64,000 bases of DNA, taken from an uncultured Holophagaceae bacterium. Lineage in GTDB: Bacteria > Acidobacteriota > Holophagae > Holophagales > Holophagaceae. How positions within the stretch are numbered: the first letter of the stretch is position 1; each line of letters starts with the position of its first letter. Where the stretch lies: contig CAISFO010000017.1 in assembly GCA_903884655.1 (NCBI GenBank), positions 21,149-85,148 on the forward strand. Reading direction: 5' to 3'. Made by a program: the position numbers and the translations under genes. This document shows, one piece after another, positions 17,537 through 26,578 of this stretch. The notes beneath the pieces are model-generated. The model ran no database searches. It was not told the origin of the DNA and worked only from the letters and a program-made list of their open reading frames with translations.

Positions 17537-18321
17537 GCCAGCTCCCAGACAGGGCGATCCAGGGCCCAGAGGGGCCCGAAGATCGCATCCTCTTCCGTGT
17601 CATCCGTCCTGCGCTTCCCATGTTCCAGCCTCTGGATCGTCAGGTCCAGAGCGACCGAGGCCCGAACCTCGCCCCAGGGAGTGGAAATCCTTCCACCGCT
17701 GGGTGCCAGCCTTTGTATGGCCTCCGCCCAGAGGCTGTTCATACCGGCTAGTTGATGTTGCTGCAGGTGGTGGTAGCCCCCCGCCAGCAGGATGAGGCCC
17801 TGCAAGGCGTGCTTCAGCTCACTCTCGGCGGTGGACCAGAGCGGCTCCAGGGCATCGTGGCACTCGTGGTAGAGGCCGTGATTGAACAGGGACACGCCAC
17901 AGGCAAGGGGGTAGCACTCATCGAGGGGCAGCGGCGTGAGTGCCGCCAGCCGCCAGCCACTGCGGAGACTCACCAGAGGTCCCCAGGCACCCCAAAGTGA
18001 CGCGGGTCGCCAGCCCTCTGGCCCGCCCTCAGCCGTTTCCGGCCAAGCCAGGCGGTGCCGGCGCCAGGCCGCTGCAGGATCGTCCACAGCCAGCGCCCCC
18101 AGCATCCGGGCCGCGTGGTTCAGCAAGGCCTCCTCTGGAAGCCCGTCAGGATGGGCCTTCCGCAGCCCCGGCGCCCCCAGGATGGTGGGCCAGACCAGGA
18201 CCTGCCGTTCCGTCGCGTCCTGCAGCGCGGCCTCCATCCGGTCCTGCAGGAAGCGGTGGATCTCAATGGGCAGGCGGGGTTGCCGCTGCCAGAAGGGGGT
18301 TTGGTTGCAGGTGTCGCTCAT
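17533..18321 (-). CDS. DUF309 domain-containing protein
   Basis: The motif GVSLFNHGLYHECHDALEPLW...LQGLILLAGGYHH matches DUF309. I prefer the ATG at 18321 (MSDTCNQ) because it gives a 4-nt overlap with the yaaA stop. The gene's own stop overlaps the nadB start. Confidence 0.6.
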   Translation of the reverse strand: MSDTCNQTPFWQRQPRLPIEIHRFLQDRMEAALQDATERQVLVWPTILGAPGLRKAHPDGLPEEALLNHAARMLGALAVDDPAAAWRRHRLAWPETAEGGPEGWRPASLWGAWGPLVSLRSGWRLAALTPLPLDECYPLACGVSLFNHGLYHECHDALEPLWSTAESELKHALQGLILLAGGYHHLQQHQLAGMNSLWAEAIQRLAPSGGRISTPWGEVRASVALDLTIQRLEHGKRRTDDTEEDAIFGPLWALDRPVWELA

Positions 18322-19040
18322 CGTGTCACCACCAGCCGAAGCGCCATGCCGCCCAGGTCGTTCTCGGCCACGCCCGCCCACTGGCAGCCCGGGATGCGAC
18401 CCCTCAGAACCTGCCGGGGATCCCCCTGCCCATGGATGAGAATCCAGCGCGCAACCAGTCCCCGGAACTTCTTCGAGAAGTGGCTGACGGCTTTCCCACT
18501 TTCATCGAAGATGTCCACCGTGTGCCTGGGGCGAGTCCAGGCCTTCAGCAGGTCTGCGGCATCCCCCGGCAGCAGTTCCCAGAGCGGGCCGACGGGCAGG
18601 GCTTCCAGTTGCGGCGGCAATTCGTGCCGCCAGTGGGCTTTCAGCCCCCTGAGTGCGCCCAGGTTCAGCTTGTAGGGCGGGACCAGGGCGTCGCCACGCA
18701 CCACACCCCGGAGGTTGGACAGGATGTACACCTGCCTCCAGGCTTCCACAGGCAGGGAGGCTGGATCCAAAGCCTGGAAGGCCACGCCGGAATAGCGTGC
18801 GAGGGCGGGCAGCAGCGGCACGGGGCCGGCCAATGCCAGTGCTTCGCTGCGCGCCTTGTCCAGGGCCAGGCCCTTCACTCCGAAGGCCTTCTGCAGCTCA
18901 TCCGGGGACCCGGACTTTGCCAACGCCGCCAGCTGTTCCCGCACCCAGCGCTGGGCAGGGTTCTCCGGCAGGCGAGCTTTCCGGCCACCCGAGGCCTTGT
19001 CTTCGGAAGGAGCCAGGAGGATGAGGGGCATCGTGTTCAT
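18318..19040 (-). CDS. yaaA: YaaA-family (DUF328/UPF0246) peroxide stress protein
   Basis: The internal start MNTMPLILLAPSEDK is at 19040. The motifs YILSNLRGVVRGDALVPPYKLNLG and VSHFSKKFRGLVARWIL parallel E. coli YaaA ([39 protein letters not shown]). Confidence 0.8.
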   Translation of the reverse strand: MNTMPLILLAPSEDKASGGRKARLPENPAQRWVREQLAALAKSGSPDELQKAFGVKGLALDKARSEALALAGPVPLLPALARYSGVAFQALDPASLPVEAWRQVYILSNLRGVVRGDALVPPYKLNLGALRGLKAHWRHELPPQLEALPVGPLWELLPGDAADLLKAWTRPRHTVDIFDESGKAVSHFSKKFRGLVARWILIHGQGDPRQVLRGRIPGCQWAGVAENDLGGMALRLVVTR

Positions 19041-19855
19041 TGACCCTCCACCCAGGTTTCCAGGCTGACGAGCGCAATGCCGGCCAGGAGGTCCCGGAGA
19101 TGGCTCCCGTAACCCCGCAACCCTGCGCTGTGAGCGAAACGATGTCCGAAGCTGGCTCCAGGCAGCGCCGGCTGGCCTTCGTCCAGCTCCCAGGGATGCA
19201 GCACCAGCGGCGTCCCTGCATCCTCCAGGGCCAAGGTCTCCAGGGCCCGTCGCACCAGACTGAAGGGCAGCACGCGGGGTCCCCAGCCCCAGAGCGGCGA
19301 CCGGGGCGGGCCGGACCAGAGCACCGGGGGCGGCAATTCCCACAGACCTGGGTTCAACCGATGGGGACGCCGGAGCCAGCTTGGGTTGCCAATGATGGCC
19401 AGTGGCACGCGACTGGAATCGTAGCGAAAACCCAGTTCTGGAAGGTCCTGCCACCAGTCGGCGGCAGCCTCGCGAAGGCTCCATTCAGGAGCGCGGTAGC
19501 CCACGACGGGTTGGCCCGAAAGATCCTCCAGCAGCGCCTTGCCCTCCTGCAAGGAGGCCCTCCAGGTGCCTCGATCCGTCTCAAAGGCCCTCTGGTGGGT
19601 CAGGCCATGCAGACCAATGGAATGGCCACTCGCGACGATGCGACGCAGCAGCTCTGGGTGGCGCCTGGCCTGGTCCCCCAGACAGAACCAGGTGGCCGTG
19701 GCTCCAAGGTCCGCGCAGAGCTCCAGGGAACGTTCCGTGGCCAGGGGCAACCGACATTCGAAACGATCCAGAGCCTCTGGCTGGTCATAGGGCGGGCAGC
19801 AGAGCTGGAACCAGTCCTCCCAGTCCAGGGAGAGGGGGAGGCGATGGGATTTCAG
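19037..19855 (-). CDS. Polysaccharide deacetylase (NodB fold, DUF3473-type)
   Basis: It carries ATWFCLGDQARRHPELLRRIVASGHSIGLHGLTH, VVGYRAPEWS and the C-terminal HPWELD. The conserved N-terminal LSLDWEDWFQ motif lies upstream of the first canonical start (TTG at 19750). I therefore extended the gene to the CTG at 19855, which overlaps the tolQ stop. Confidence 0.7.
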   Translation of the reverse strand: MKSHRLPLSLDWEDWFQLCCPPYDQPEALDRFECRLPLATERSLELCADLGATATWFCLGDQARRHPELLRRIVASGHSIGLHGLTHQRAFETDRGTWRASLQEGKALLEDLSGQPVVGYRAPEWSLREAAADWWQDLPELGFRYDSSRVPLAIIGNPSWLRRPHRLNPGLWELPPPVLWSGPPRSPLWGWGPRVLPFSLVRRALETLALEDAGTPLVLHPWELDEGQPALPGASFGHRFAHSAGLRGYGSHLRDLLAGIALVSLETWVEGQ

Positions 19856-20547
19856 GTGAAGTTCCGCTCGGAAAGGCTGATGAACTCCAGCGAGAAATCA
19901 TCCAGCTCCGTCTGGAACTGCTTGAGTTGGCCCTGGAAGAAGTTGTAGGCCATGAGCGCGGGGATGGCTGCCACCAGGCCGATGGCCGTGGCCACAAGGG
20001 CCTCTGAGATACCAGGGGCCACGGTGGCGAGGTTGGCATTGCCCGTGGCGCCGATGCCCCGGAAGGCATCGATGATGCCCCACACCGTGCCGAAGAGACC
20101 AATGAATGGACTCACAGCCGCGACGGTGGCCAAGCCACCCAAAGAGCGCTCGAGGCGGCCCATCTCCACCACACTGGCCCGCTGAAGGGCCCTTTCCACG
20201 GCTTCCATGCTGCGTAACTGGGCGCGGCTGTCCTGCCCCAGACCACGCAGCTGGTAGGTCACTTCGCTGTAGCCCGCCACAAAAAGGCCCACGAGGGGAC
20301 TGATGGCGAATTTTTCAACCTGCTGCTTGAGCTCCCGCCAGTCGGTGGCCCGCTTGAAGGCTGCCCGGAACTGCTCGGACATCGCCCGGCTGCGGCGATA
20401 GAGCAGTGCCTTGCGAATGATCACCACCCAGCTGAGCAGCGAGAAGGTCAGGAGGATCAACAGCACCAGCTTGGATACAGGACCCGCATGGAGCATGACC
20501 TCCAGCAGGTTGACTTCGTTGCCTGTAGGTGCTGCCAGGATCACCAT
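19852..20547 (-). CDS. MotA/TolQ/ExbB proton-channel family protein
   Basis: This is the C-terminal 231 aa of track ORF 19852..21510. It has TM helices and the family motif PFIGLFGTVWGIIDAFRGIG...GISEALVATAIGLVAAIPALMAYNFF. Start is the ATG at 20547; everything upstream is antisense to ugd. Confidence 0.85.
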   Translation of the reverse strand: MVILAAPTGNEVNLLEVMLHAGPVSKLVLLILLTFSLLSWVVIIRKALLYRRSRAMSEQFRAAFKRATDWRELKQQVEKFAISPLVGLFVAGYSEVTYQLRGLGQDSRAQLRSMEAVERALQRASVVEMGRLERSLGGLATVAAVSPFIGLFGTVWGIIDAFRGIGATGNANLATVAPGISEALVATAIGLVAAIPALMAYNFFQGQLKQFQTELDDFSLEFISLSERNFT

Positions 20548-20604
20548 GCCATCTCCATGCCCGCATGATAGCAAGCTACACTGGTTCCTTTGTGCGAGGA
20601 CAAC

Positions 20605-21960
20605 ATGCAAGCGCTGGTCATTGGTTCGGGATACGTGGGGCTGGTGGCCGCCGCCTGTTTCGCGGAGGCGGGGCACCGCATCCTCGGCGTGGATGTGGAC
20701 GCCGCGAAGGTAGCCACCCTCTCCCGCGGCGAGTCGCCGATCTTCGAGCCGGGCCTGGAGGACCTCCTCCGGAAACACCTGTCCTCCGGCGAACTCCGGT
20801 TCACTACGGATCTCAAAGCAGGCATCGCCGAAGCAGACGCCGCCTTCATCTGCGTGGGAACCCCCCAGAGCGAGGACGGCAGCGCGGACATGAAGTACGT
20901 GCTGGCCGTGGCTGGGGAGATTGGGGAGGCCATGGCTCTGCGCAGCAAGGAGTCCAAACCCCTTATCGTCGTCGACAAGAGTACCGTGCCCGTGGGCACC
21001 GCCGCGCGAGTCCACGCCGAGATCGCTACCCACACGGATCGCGCCTTTGAAGTCGTGAGCAATCCGGAATTCCTGCGGGAAGGTTGCGCCATTGGCGATT
21101 TCATGGAGCCGGATCGCGTCGTGATCGGCTGCAGGACGGACCACGCCGAGGTCATCATGAAGGCCCTCTACCAGCCCTTCCTCGACCGAAGCGGTGGCAA
21201 ATGGTTCCGCATGGATCCCCCCAGTGCCGAACTCACCAAGTACGCGGCCAATGCGATGCTGGCCTTGCGCATAAGCTTCATCAATGAAATCGCCAATCTG
21301 GCGGAAGACGTGGGCGCCGATATCGAACACGTCAAGGCTGCCATCGGCGCGGATCATCGGATCGGCCCGGCCTTCCTGAATCCAGGGCCTGGCTTCGGCG
21401 GTTCCTGCTTCCCGAAGGACCTGCAGGCCCTCCTGAAGGTCGGCCGCGAGCACGGGCATCCCATGATGACGCTGGCAACCACCGTGGAGGCCAATCGGCA
21501 CCAGAAACAAGTATTGCTCCGCAAAGTGCGCCAGTATTTCGAAGTGAAATCCGGAGTGCCCGCTCCCCTGAGGGGACGCCGCTTTGCCATCTGGGGTCTC
21601 GCCTTCAAGGCCAACACGGACGACATCCGCGAAAGCATGGCTCTTGAATTGATTGAGGGCCTGGTGAACCTAGGCGCCGAGGTAGTTGTCCACGACTTTG
21701 CCGCCATGGACGCCGTAAAGGCCAAAATCGGCAACAAGGTGCGGTACGCCACCACGCCGCTGGCGGCCTGCGAAGGTGCTGATGCCCTGCTCATCGCCAC
21801 GGAGTGGACTCAATACCGCCAGGCTGATCTGGAAGCCGTGGCCGGGGCCCTCAAGGCCCGCTGCATTTTCGACGGCCGCAACCTCTTCCGCCCCGAGGAC
21901 ATGGAAGCCAAGGGCTGGACCTACCATTCCCTCGGCCGCAGGGCGGTGGGACCGTCATGA
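20605..21960 (+). CDS. ugd: UDP-glucose 6-dehydrogenase
   Basis: It begins MQALVIGSGYVGLVAAACFAEAGH (Rossmann fold) and has the catalytic region GFGGSCFPKDL and C-terminal WGLAFKANTDDIRES. Confidence 0.93.
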   Translation: MQALVIGSGYVGLVAAACFAEAGHRILGVDVDAAKVATLSRGESPIFEPGLEDLLRKHLSSGELRFTTDLKAGIAEADAAFICVGTPQSEDGSADMKYVLAVAGEIGEAMALRSKESKPLIVVDKSTVPVGTAARVHAEIATHTDRAFEVVSNPEFLREGCAIGDFMEPDRVVIGCRTDHAEVIMKALYQPFLDRSGGKWFRMDPPSAELTKYAANAMLALRISFINEIANLAEDVGADIEHVKAAIGADHRIGPAFLNPGPGFGGSCFPKDLQALLKVGREHGHPMMTLATTVEANRHQKQVLLRKVRQYFEVKSGVPAPLRGRRFAIWGLAFKANTDDIRESMALELIEGLVNLGAEVVVHDFAAMDAVKAKIGNKVRYATTPLAACEGADALLIATEWTQYRQADLEAVAGALKARCIFDGRNLFRPEDMEAKGWTYHSLGRRAVGPS

Positions 21961-22304
21961 CGCGGATCCGGCTGGGGGACATCGCCCACGCCCGGAGCGG
22001 CGACAAGGGCGACGGCTCGAACGTGGGTGTCATTGCCTACACAGAGGCAGGATTCCGCCTGCTGAGACAGGAACTCACGGCCGCGCGCGTGAAACACCAC
22101 TTCTCAGCCATCTGTCTGGGCGCTGTGGATCGGTTCGAAGTGCCCAATCTCAAGGCCCTCAACTTCATTCTCCACGACTCCCTGGGCGGGGGGGGCAGCG
22201 AAAGCGTGAAATCCGACGCTCAGGGGAAGACGCACGGTCAGGCTCTGCTTAGAATGGAACTGGACCTGCCCGGTGATATTTCGCTGGCGGACCTCACACC
22301 CTGA
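21957..22304 (+). CDS. Stand-alone AtuA C-terminal (ferredoxin-like) domain protein
   Basis: RLGDIAHARSGDKGDGSNVGVIA...LNFILHDSLGGGGSESVKSDAQGK resembles the C-terminal domain of AtuA/DUF1446 proteins, recognised from memory. The start overlaps the ugd stop (ATGA). Confidence 0.55.
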   Translation: MTRIRLGDIAHARSGDKGDGSNVGVIAYTEAGFRLLRQELTAARVKHHFSAICLGAVDRFEVPNLKALNFILHDSLGGGGSESVKSDAQGKTHGQALLRMELDLPGDISLADLTP

Positions 22305-22332
22305 ACACGAGCATCCAGAAACGGAGTACCCC

Positions 22333-22515
22333 ATGAACCTCGGCCCTGGCCATCTCCTGCTTATCGGCATCGCCCTCCTCATCTTCTTCGGCCCTTCCCG
22401 CCTGCCTGAACTCGGGAAGAGTCTCGGCAAGGGCATCCAGGAGTTCAAGAAGGCCAGCAAGGAACTTACGGATTCCGCCAGCGGAGAAATCGCCAGCGAC
22501 AAGGACAAGAAGTAG
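22333..22515 (+). CDS. tatA: Twin-arginine translocase subunit TatA/E
   Basis: The 60-aa product is MNLGPGHLLLIGIALLIFFGPSRLPELGKSLGKGIQEFKKA, the canonical TatA TM helix plus amphipathic helix. Confidence 0.9.
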   Translation: MNLGPGHLLLIGIALLIFFGPSRLPELGKSLGKGIQEFKKASKELTDSASGEIASDKDKK

Positions 22516-22569
22516 TCCGCGGCATCCCAATGGCCCGGCCTCCCCGCGGGGGCCGGGCCCTTTCCCCGC

Positions 22570-23379
22570 TTGAGGACCATGGCGCTACCTAGCACGCCGC
22601 CTGACAAGATGAGCTTCTGGGAACACCTGCAGGAACTGCGGGTGCGCATCGTCCGTTCCCTTCTCATCGTACTGGGTGTGTTCACCTTCACCTACGGCTT
22701 CCCTTTCGGCTACCACGACCTCCCGTCCTTCCGGTTCAAGCTCTGGGCCTGGTCCCAGCAGCCCTTCCTGAAGGCCATGGCCAAGCAGACCGGCAAGGCC
22801 ATCTCCGAACTCCAGCCATTCGCCTTCACGGACCTCACCGAGCCCTTCTTCAGCATGATGCGGTTGTCCCTCTGGACCGCCGGGTTCCTTGCGGCGCCTT
22901 TCCTCTTCTACCAGCTGTGGGCCTTCATCCGCCCCGGGCTGATGCCGAAGGAACGCCGGCTCGTCGTCCCCTTTGTCTTCGTCACCTCGGCCTGCTTTCT
23001 CGGCGGGGCCATCTTCGCCTACTACCAGGCCATCGGCTTCCTGGGGGACATCCTCTTCCAGGAGGCCGCCGCCGCGGGACTCCGGGCCAACCTGCACGCC
23101 TCCGAGTACCTCGATCTCTTCATCTGGACCATCGTCATCACCGGCATCATGTTCGAGCTGCCGGTGCTGTTCTACTTCCTTGCCCGGTTCCGCCTGGTCA
23201 CCGCCCGGTGGATGCTGAAGTACTGGCGCCACGCCACCCTCATCATCGTCATCTTCAGCGCCTTCTTCACGCCGGGCGACGTGATCATCACCGCCATCTT
23301 CTTCAGCGTCCTGCTGCTGGGTCTCTACTTCATCTCCATCCTGGTGGCCTGGCTCGCCGAGCCCCGTCAACCCAGGTAG
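22570..23379 (+). CDS. tatC: Twin-arginine translocase subunit TatC
   Basis: It has FWEHLQELRVRIVRSLL, six predicted TM helices, and FALTPGDV-like FFTPGDVI. Confidence 0.93.
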   Translation: MRTMALPSTPPDKMSFWEHLQELRVRIVRSLLIVLGVFTFTYGFPFGYHDLPSFRFKLWAWSQQPFLKAMAKQTGKAISELQPFAFTDLTEPFFSMMRLSLWTAGFLAAPFLFYQLWAFIRPGLMPKERRLVVPFVFVTSACFLGGAIFAYYQAIGFLGDILFQEAAAAGLRANLHASEYLDLFIWTIVITGIMFELPVLFYFLARFRLVTARWMLKYWRHATLIIVIFSAFFTPGDVIITAIFFSVLLLGLYFISILVAWLAEPRQPR

Positions 23380-24455
23380 TCAGCCAGATCCTCCAGGCAG
23401 AGCCGAACGGCCTGGTTGGGCTCTGGAGGCCGGGACAGGGCTTGACGGGAGGCCGGGTCCTCCATCAAGGGCTGCAGCGCCGTCTGCAGACGCTTCGCCA
23501 GTCCATCCGCCTGCTCAATGACAAGGGCCCGTCCTTCCCTGGCCATGGCCAGGGCGTTCCTGCGCTGATGATCCCCCGCGCTGGTGGGCAGAGGCACCAG
23601 GAGCGCCCCTCGGCCGGCTGCTTTCAACTCGGCGCAGGTGCTCGCTCCGGAACGACTCACCACCAGGCTTGCCGCTTCCATTGCCTCATCAACACCTGTG
23701 ATGAAGGGGACCAGGATGTGGCGGGGGTGTCTGGACCGGCCTTGAAGCCGCTCTACCTCCAAGGGCCCAGCCTGGTGCTGGAGTTCCCATTCGGGCAGGC
23801 GCTCCAACAGGGCCGGAGCCAGTTCCAGCATCGCCTCATTGATGGCGCGGGCTCCCCCGCTGCCCCCCAGGACCAGAAGCCGATAAGGGGGCAGCAGGGA
23901 TTCGACCGGGCGGAAATCCCGGAGGAAGACCTCCCGCACGGGGGTCCCGACGACCCGGCAATCTGCCCCAGGCAGCAGGGTCCGAGCCGCCTCCATGCCG
24001 CACCACACGCGCCGCGCCTTCCGCGCCACCAGTTTCACCAAGGCACCGGGGGCGGCGTTGCTTTCGTGCAGGAAATAAGGAATGCCCAGGGCACGGGCTG
24101 CCAGCAAGGCTGGAGCGGCTCCATAACCACCGGTGCCAACCACCACCCGGGGTCGTTCCCTGCGCCAGATGATTTTCAGCTGAGCTACAGCCCGCCAGAG
24201 CTTCCAGGCAGAAGTCGCCACTCGCAGGGGTGAACGCCCCACCATCCCTTCCACATCCAGCAAGGTGTACGGCCATGGACCGGCCGGAAGTTCACGTGCC
24301 TCGATGCCCCGCCGAGCCCCGACGAAACAGATGGGCTGGTCAGACCAGCGCCTCCTGGCCCCTTCTGCCAATGCGATGGCAGGGAAAAAATGCCCCCCTG
24401 TTCCTCCACCAGTGAGAACGAGGGCACCCCTGAAACTCGGCAGGTCATCGCGCAT
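23367..24455 (-). CDS. murG: Undecaprenyldiphospho-muramoylpentapeptide beta-N-acetylglucosaminyltransferase
   Basis: It has LTGGGTGGHFFPAIALAE, a GT28 C-terminal domain (SRSGASTCAELKAAGRGALLVPLP) and AGDHQRRNA. Confidence 0.92.
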   Translation of the reverse strand: MRDDLPSFRGALVLTGGGTGGHFFPAIALAEGARRRWSDQPICFVGARRGIEARELPAGPWPYTLLDVEGMVGRSPLRVATSAWKLWRAVAQLKIIWRRERPRVVVGTGGYGAAPALLAARALGIPYFLHESNAAPGALVKLVARKARRVWCGMEAARTLLPGADCRVVGTPVREVFLRDFRPVESLLPPYRLLVLGGSGGARAINEAMLELAPALLERLPEWELQHQAGPLEVERLQGRSRHPRHILVPFITGVDEAMEAASLVVSRSGASTCAELKAAGRGALLVPLPTSAGDHQRRNALAMAREGRALVIEQADGLAKRLQTALQPLMEDPASRQALSRPPEPNQAVRLCLEDLADYLG

Positions 24456-24675
24456 GATCCGTCCACCATATCTGGAAGTTCACTGAACTTACCTGGAGAC
24501 AGTTTCGAAGCTGAGTTGAGGGTGCCTGCCACCTACCCGGGGGCAACGGTAAATCCTGGAAAAGGCAACACAACTTACCGAGGGATAGGTGGGATAAATA
24601 GGCATTCCTCAGGCTAAACTCTTCCTTTGGGTCTGCTATCGGCCGGCCCGCGAATGACGTATCAGTGGAGCGCTC

Positions 24676-25425
24676 ATGAAGATCCTCGTCGCCATCAAAC
24701 AGGTTCCCGACACTGAAAGCAGGATCAAGGTCGCGGCCGATGGTCGCAGCCTCGATCCGGTGGACGTCAAGTGGATCACCAGTCCCTATGACGAATACGC
24801 CCTGGAGGAAGCCATCCGCATCAAGGAGGGCAAGGGCGCGGAAGTCGTGGCCATTTCCGTCGGCGGGGATACCACCAAGGAAGTGCTCAAGAACGCGCTG
24901 GCCCTCGGCGCCGACAGTGCCGTGCTCTTGAGGGGCGACGGCCAGGGCGATGCCTTCGCGGTGGCCCAGATGATCGCCGCTTATGCCAAGGACAAGGGCT
25001 TCGACCTGATCCTCTGCGGCAACATGGGGCTCGGTGGGGACAACTCCGCCATGGGGCCCATGCTCGCGGAACTCCTGGGTGTGGGACAGGCCAACGTGGT
25101 GGTGAAACTCGAACTCGGAGAAGGCACTTTCAAGGCCGAGCGCGAAATCGAAGTGGGCTCTGAGATCGTGGAGGGCTCCCTGCCGGCGGTGATCACGGCC
25201 CAGAAGGGCCTGAATGAGCCCCGCTACGCGAGCCTGAAGGGCATCATGGCCGCCAAGAAGAAGACCATCGAAGAACTGGAAGGCACGCCGGTCGTCGCCG
25301 GTGCCCTGGTCAGCACCCTGGCCCTGCCCCCGGAGCGTCCCGCAGGACGCCGGCTGGAAGGCGAGCCGGCCGCCCAGGCTCAGGCCCTGATCCAGGCCCT
25401 CAAGGATGAAGCCAAGGTCTTCTAG
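24676..25425 (+). CDS. etfB: Electron transfer flavoprotein beta subunit
   Basis: MKILVAIKQVPDTESRIKV... and DLILCGNMGLGGDNSAMGPMLAELLG are typical EtfB. Confidence 0.93.
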   Translation: MKILVAIKQVPDTESRIKVAADGRSLDPVDVKWITSPYDEYALEEAIRIKEGKGAEVVAISVGGDTTKEVLKNALALGADSAVLLRGDGQGDAFAVAQMIAAYAKDKGFDLILCGNMGLGGDNSAMGPMLAELLGVGQANVVVKLELGEGTFKAEREIEVGSEIVEGSLPAVITAQKGLNEPRYASLKGIMAAKKKTIEELEGTPVVAGALVSTLALPPERPAGRRLEGEPAAQAQALIQALKDEAKVF

Positions 25426-25463
25426 GCCACCCTCCACAGACTTCCGATTCGAAAGGATGATTC

Positions 25464-26435
25464 ATGATTCTCGTGTTCTGTGAACTGAAGGACGGCCAGC
25501 TCCGCAAACCCAGTGCCGAGGCGCTGAGCGAGGGCCGCCGACTGGCAGATGCCTCGGGCAAGAAGCTCGGCGCCATCTTCGCAGGCGCCTCCTGCGCGGG
25601 CTCCGCCGAGGCCGCCAAATACGGCGCCGATGTGATCCTCTGCGCCGAAAGCCCCACCCTGGCCTCCTACTCCAGCGATGCCTTCGCCGGCCTCCTCGCG
25701 GATGCCGTCACCGCCAAGGGCGCCACGGTCCTGCTGGCCGCAGCCACCTCCGTCGGGAAGGATGTGACTCCCCGTACGGCAGCGCGTCTTGGCGCGGGGT
25801 ACGCGTCGGACGTGACCGCCCTGTCCATGGTGGAAGGCAAGCTCGTGGCCGTTCGTCCTGTCTACGCCGGCAAGGCCTTCGCCACCACCAGCTTCGCCAG
25901 CCCGGTCCAGGTGGCCACCACCCGTCCCAACGTGTTCCCCGCCGCCGAGAAGGCAGGCGCCGGCGCGGCGGAAGCCCTCGCGGCTCCCGCTGGCGGCTTC
26001 AAGGCCGTGGTGAAGGAAATCCTGGCCAAGGCCAGCGGCAAGGTGGATCTCAGTGAGGCCAATGTCATCGTCAGTGGCGGCCGTGGCATGAAGGACGGCG
26101 CCAACTTCAAGATCCTCGAAGAGCTGGCGGATGCCCTCGGGGGCGTTGTTGGCGCCTCCCGCGCCGCCGTGGACGCAGGCTGGGGCCTGCCTCACAGCAT
26201 GCAAGTGGGCCAGACCGGCAAAGTGGTGAGCCCCACCCTCTACATCGCCTGCGGCATCAGTGGTGCCATCCAGCACATTGCCGGCATGAGCGGATCGAAG
26301 TTCATCGTCGCCATCAACAAGGATTCCGAGGCGCCCATCTTCAAGCTTGCGAACTACGGCATCGTCGGGGACTTGTTCGAAGTGGTGCCTGAACTGACCA
26401 AAGCCGCCAAGGCGTTGGGCATCGGTTCCAACTAA
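25464..26435 (+). CDS. etfA: Electron transfer flavoprotein alpha subunit
   Basis: The FAD-binding C-terminus [46 protein letters not shown] is the EtfA signature. Confidence 0.93.
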   Translation: MILVFCELKDGQLRKPSAEALSEGRRLADASGKKLGAIFAGASCAGSAEAAKYGADVILCAESPTLASYSSDAFAGLLADAVTAKGATVLLAAATSVGKDVTPRTAARLGAGYASDVTALSMVEGKLVAVRPVYAGKAFATTSFASPVQVATTRPNVFPAAEKAGAGAAEALAAPAGGFKAVVKEILAKASGKVDLSEANVIVSGGRGMKDGANFKILEELADALGGVVGASRAAVDAGWGLPHSMQVGQTGKVVSPTLYIACGISGAIQHIAGMSGSKFIVAINKDSEAPIFKLANYGIVGDLFEVVPELTKAAKALGIGSN

Positions 26436-26533
26436 CTCGCTGCGGGGGTCCCGCGCTTCGCGCACACCCCCGCGCCCCCGCGCTCGGTGCGGGCTAAGCC
26501 CGCTCCTCGCTTTACCTTCCCCATCCTGACTGC

Positions 26534-26563
26534 AAAAAAGCCCGGCAACCGCCGGGCTTTTTT
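26534..26563. terminator. Bidirectional rho-independent terminator (etfA / DUF1569 gene)
   Basis: AAAAAA, stem GCCCGGC, loop AACC, stem GCCGGGC, TTTTTT. The A-run and T-run flank the hairpin, which sits between convergent genes. Confidence 0.75.
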
Positions 26564-26578
26564 GCAGAATCGACCGAT

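Noticed and set aside
18318-19484. N-terminal extensions of the track ORFs for yaaA (to 19484), the RodZ-like gene (to 38420), tolQ (to 21510), the DUF4395 gene (from 62224) and cspA (to 54867).
   Set aside because: The extensions overlap neighbouring real genes or UTRs and are Arg/Pro-rich. Internal starts give family-typical N-termini and 4-nt coupling overlaps.
23367-23379. A 13-nt overlap of the convergent 3' ends of tatC and murG.
   Set aside because: Overlapping convergent stops are common in compact high-GC genomes, and there is no evidence of special function.
24445-26465. Minus-strand ORFs 24445..25437 (330 aa) and 25422..26465 (347 aa).
   Set aside because: They are antisense to etfB and etfA, which are unambiguous.
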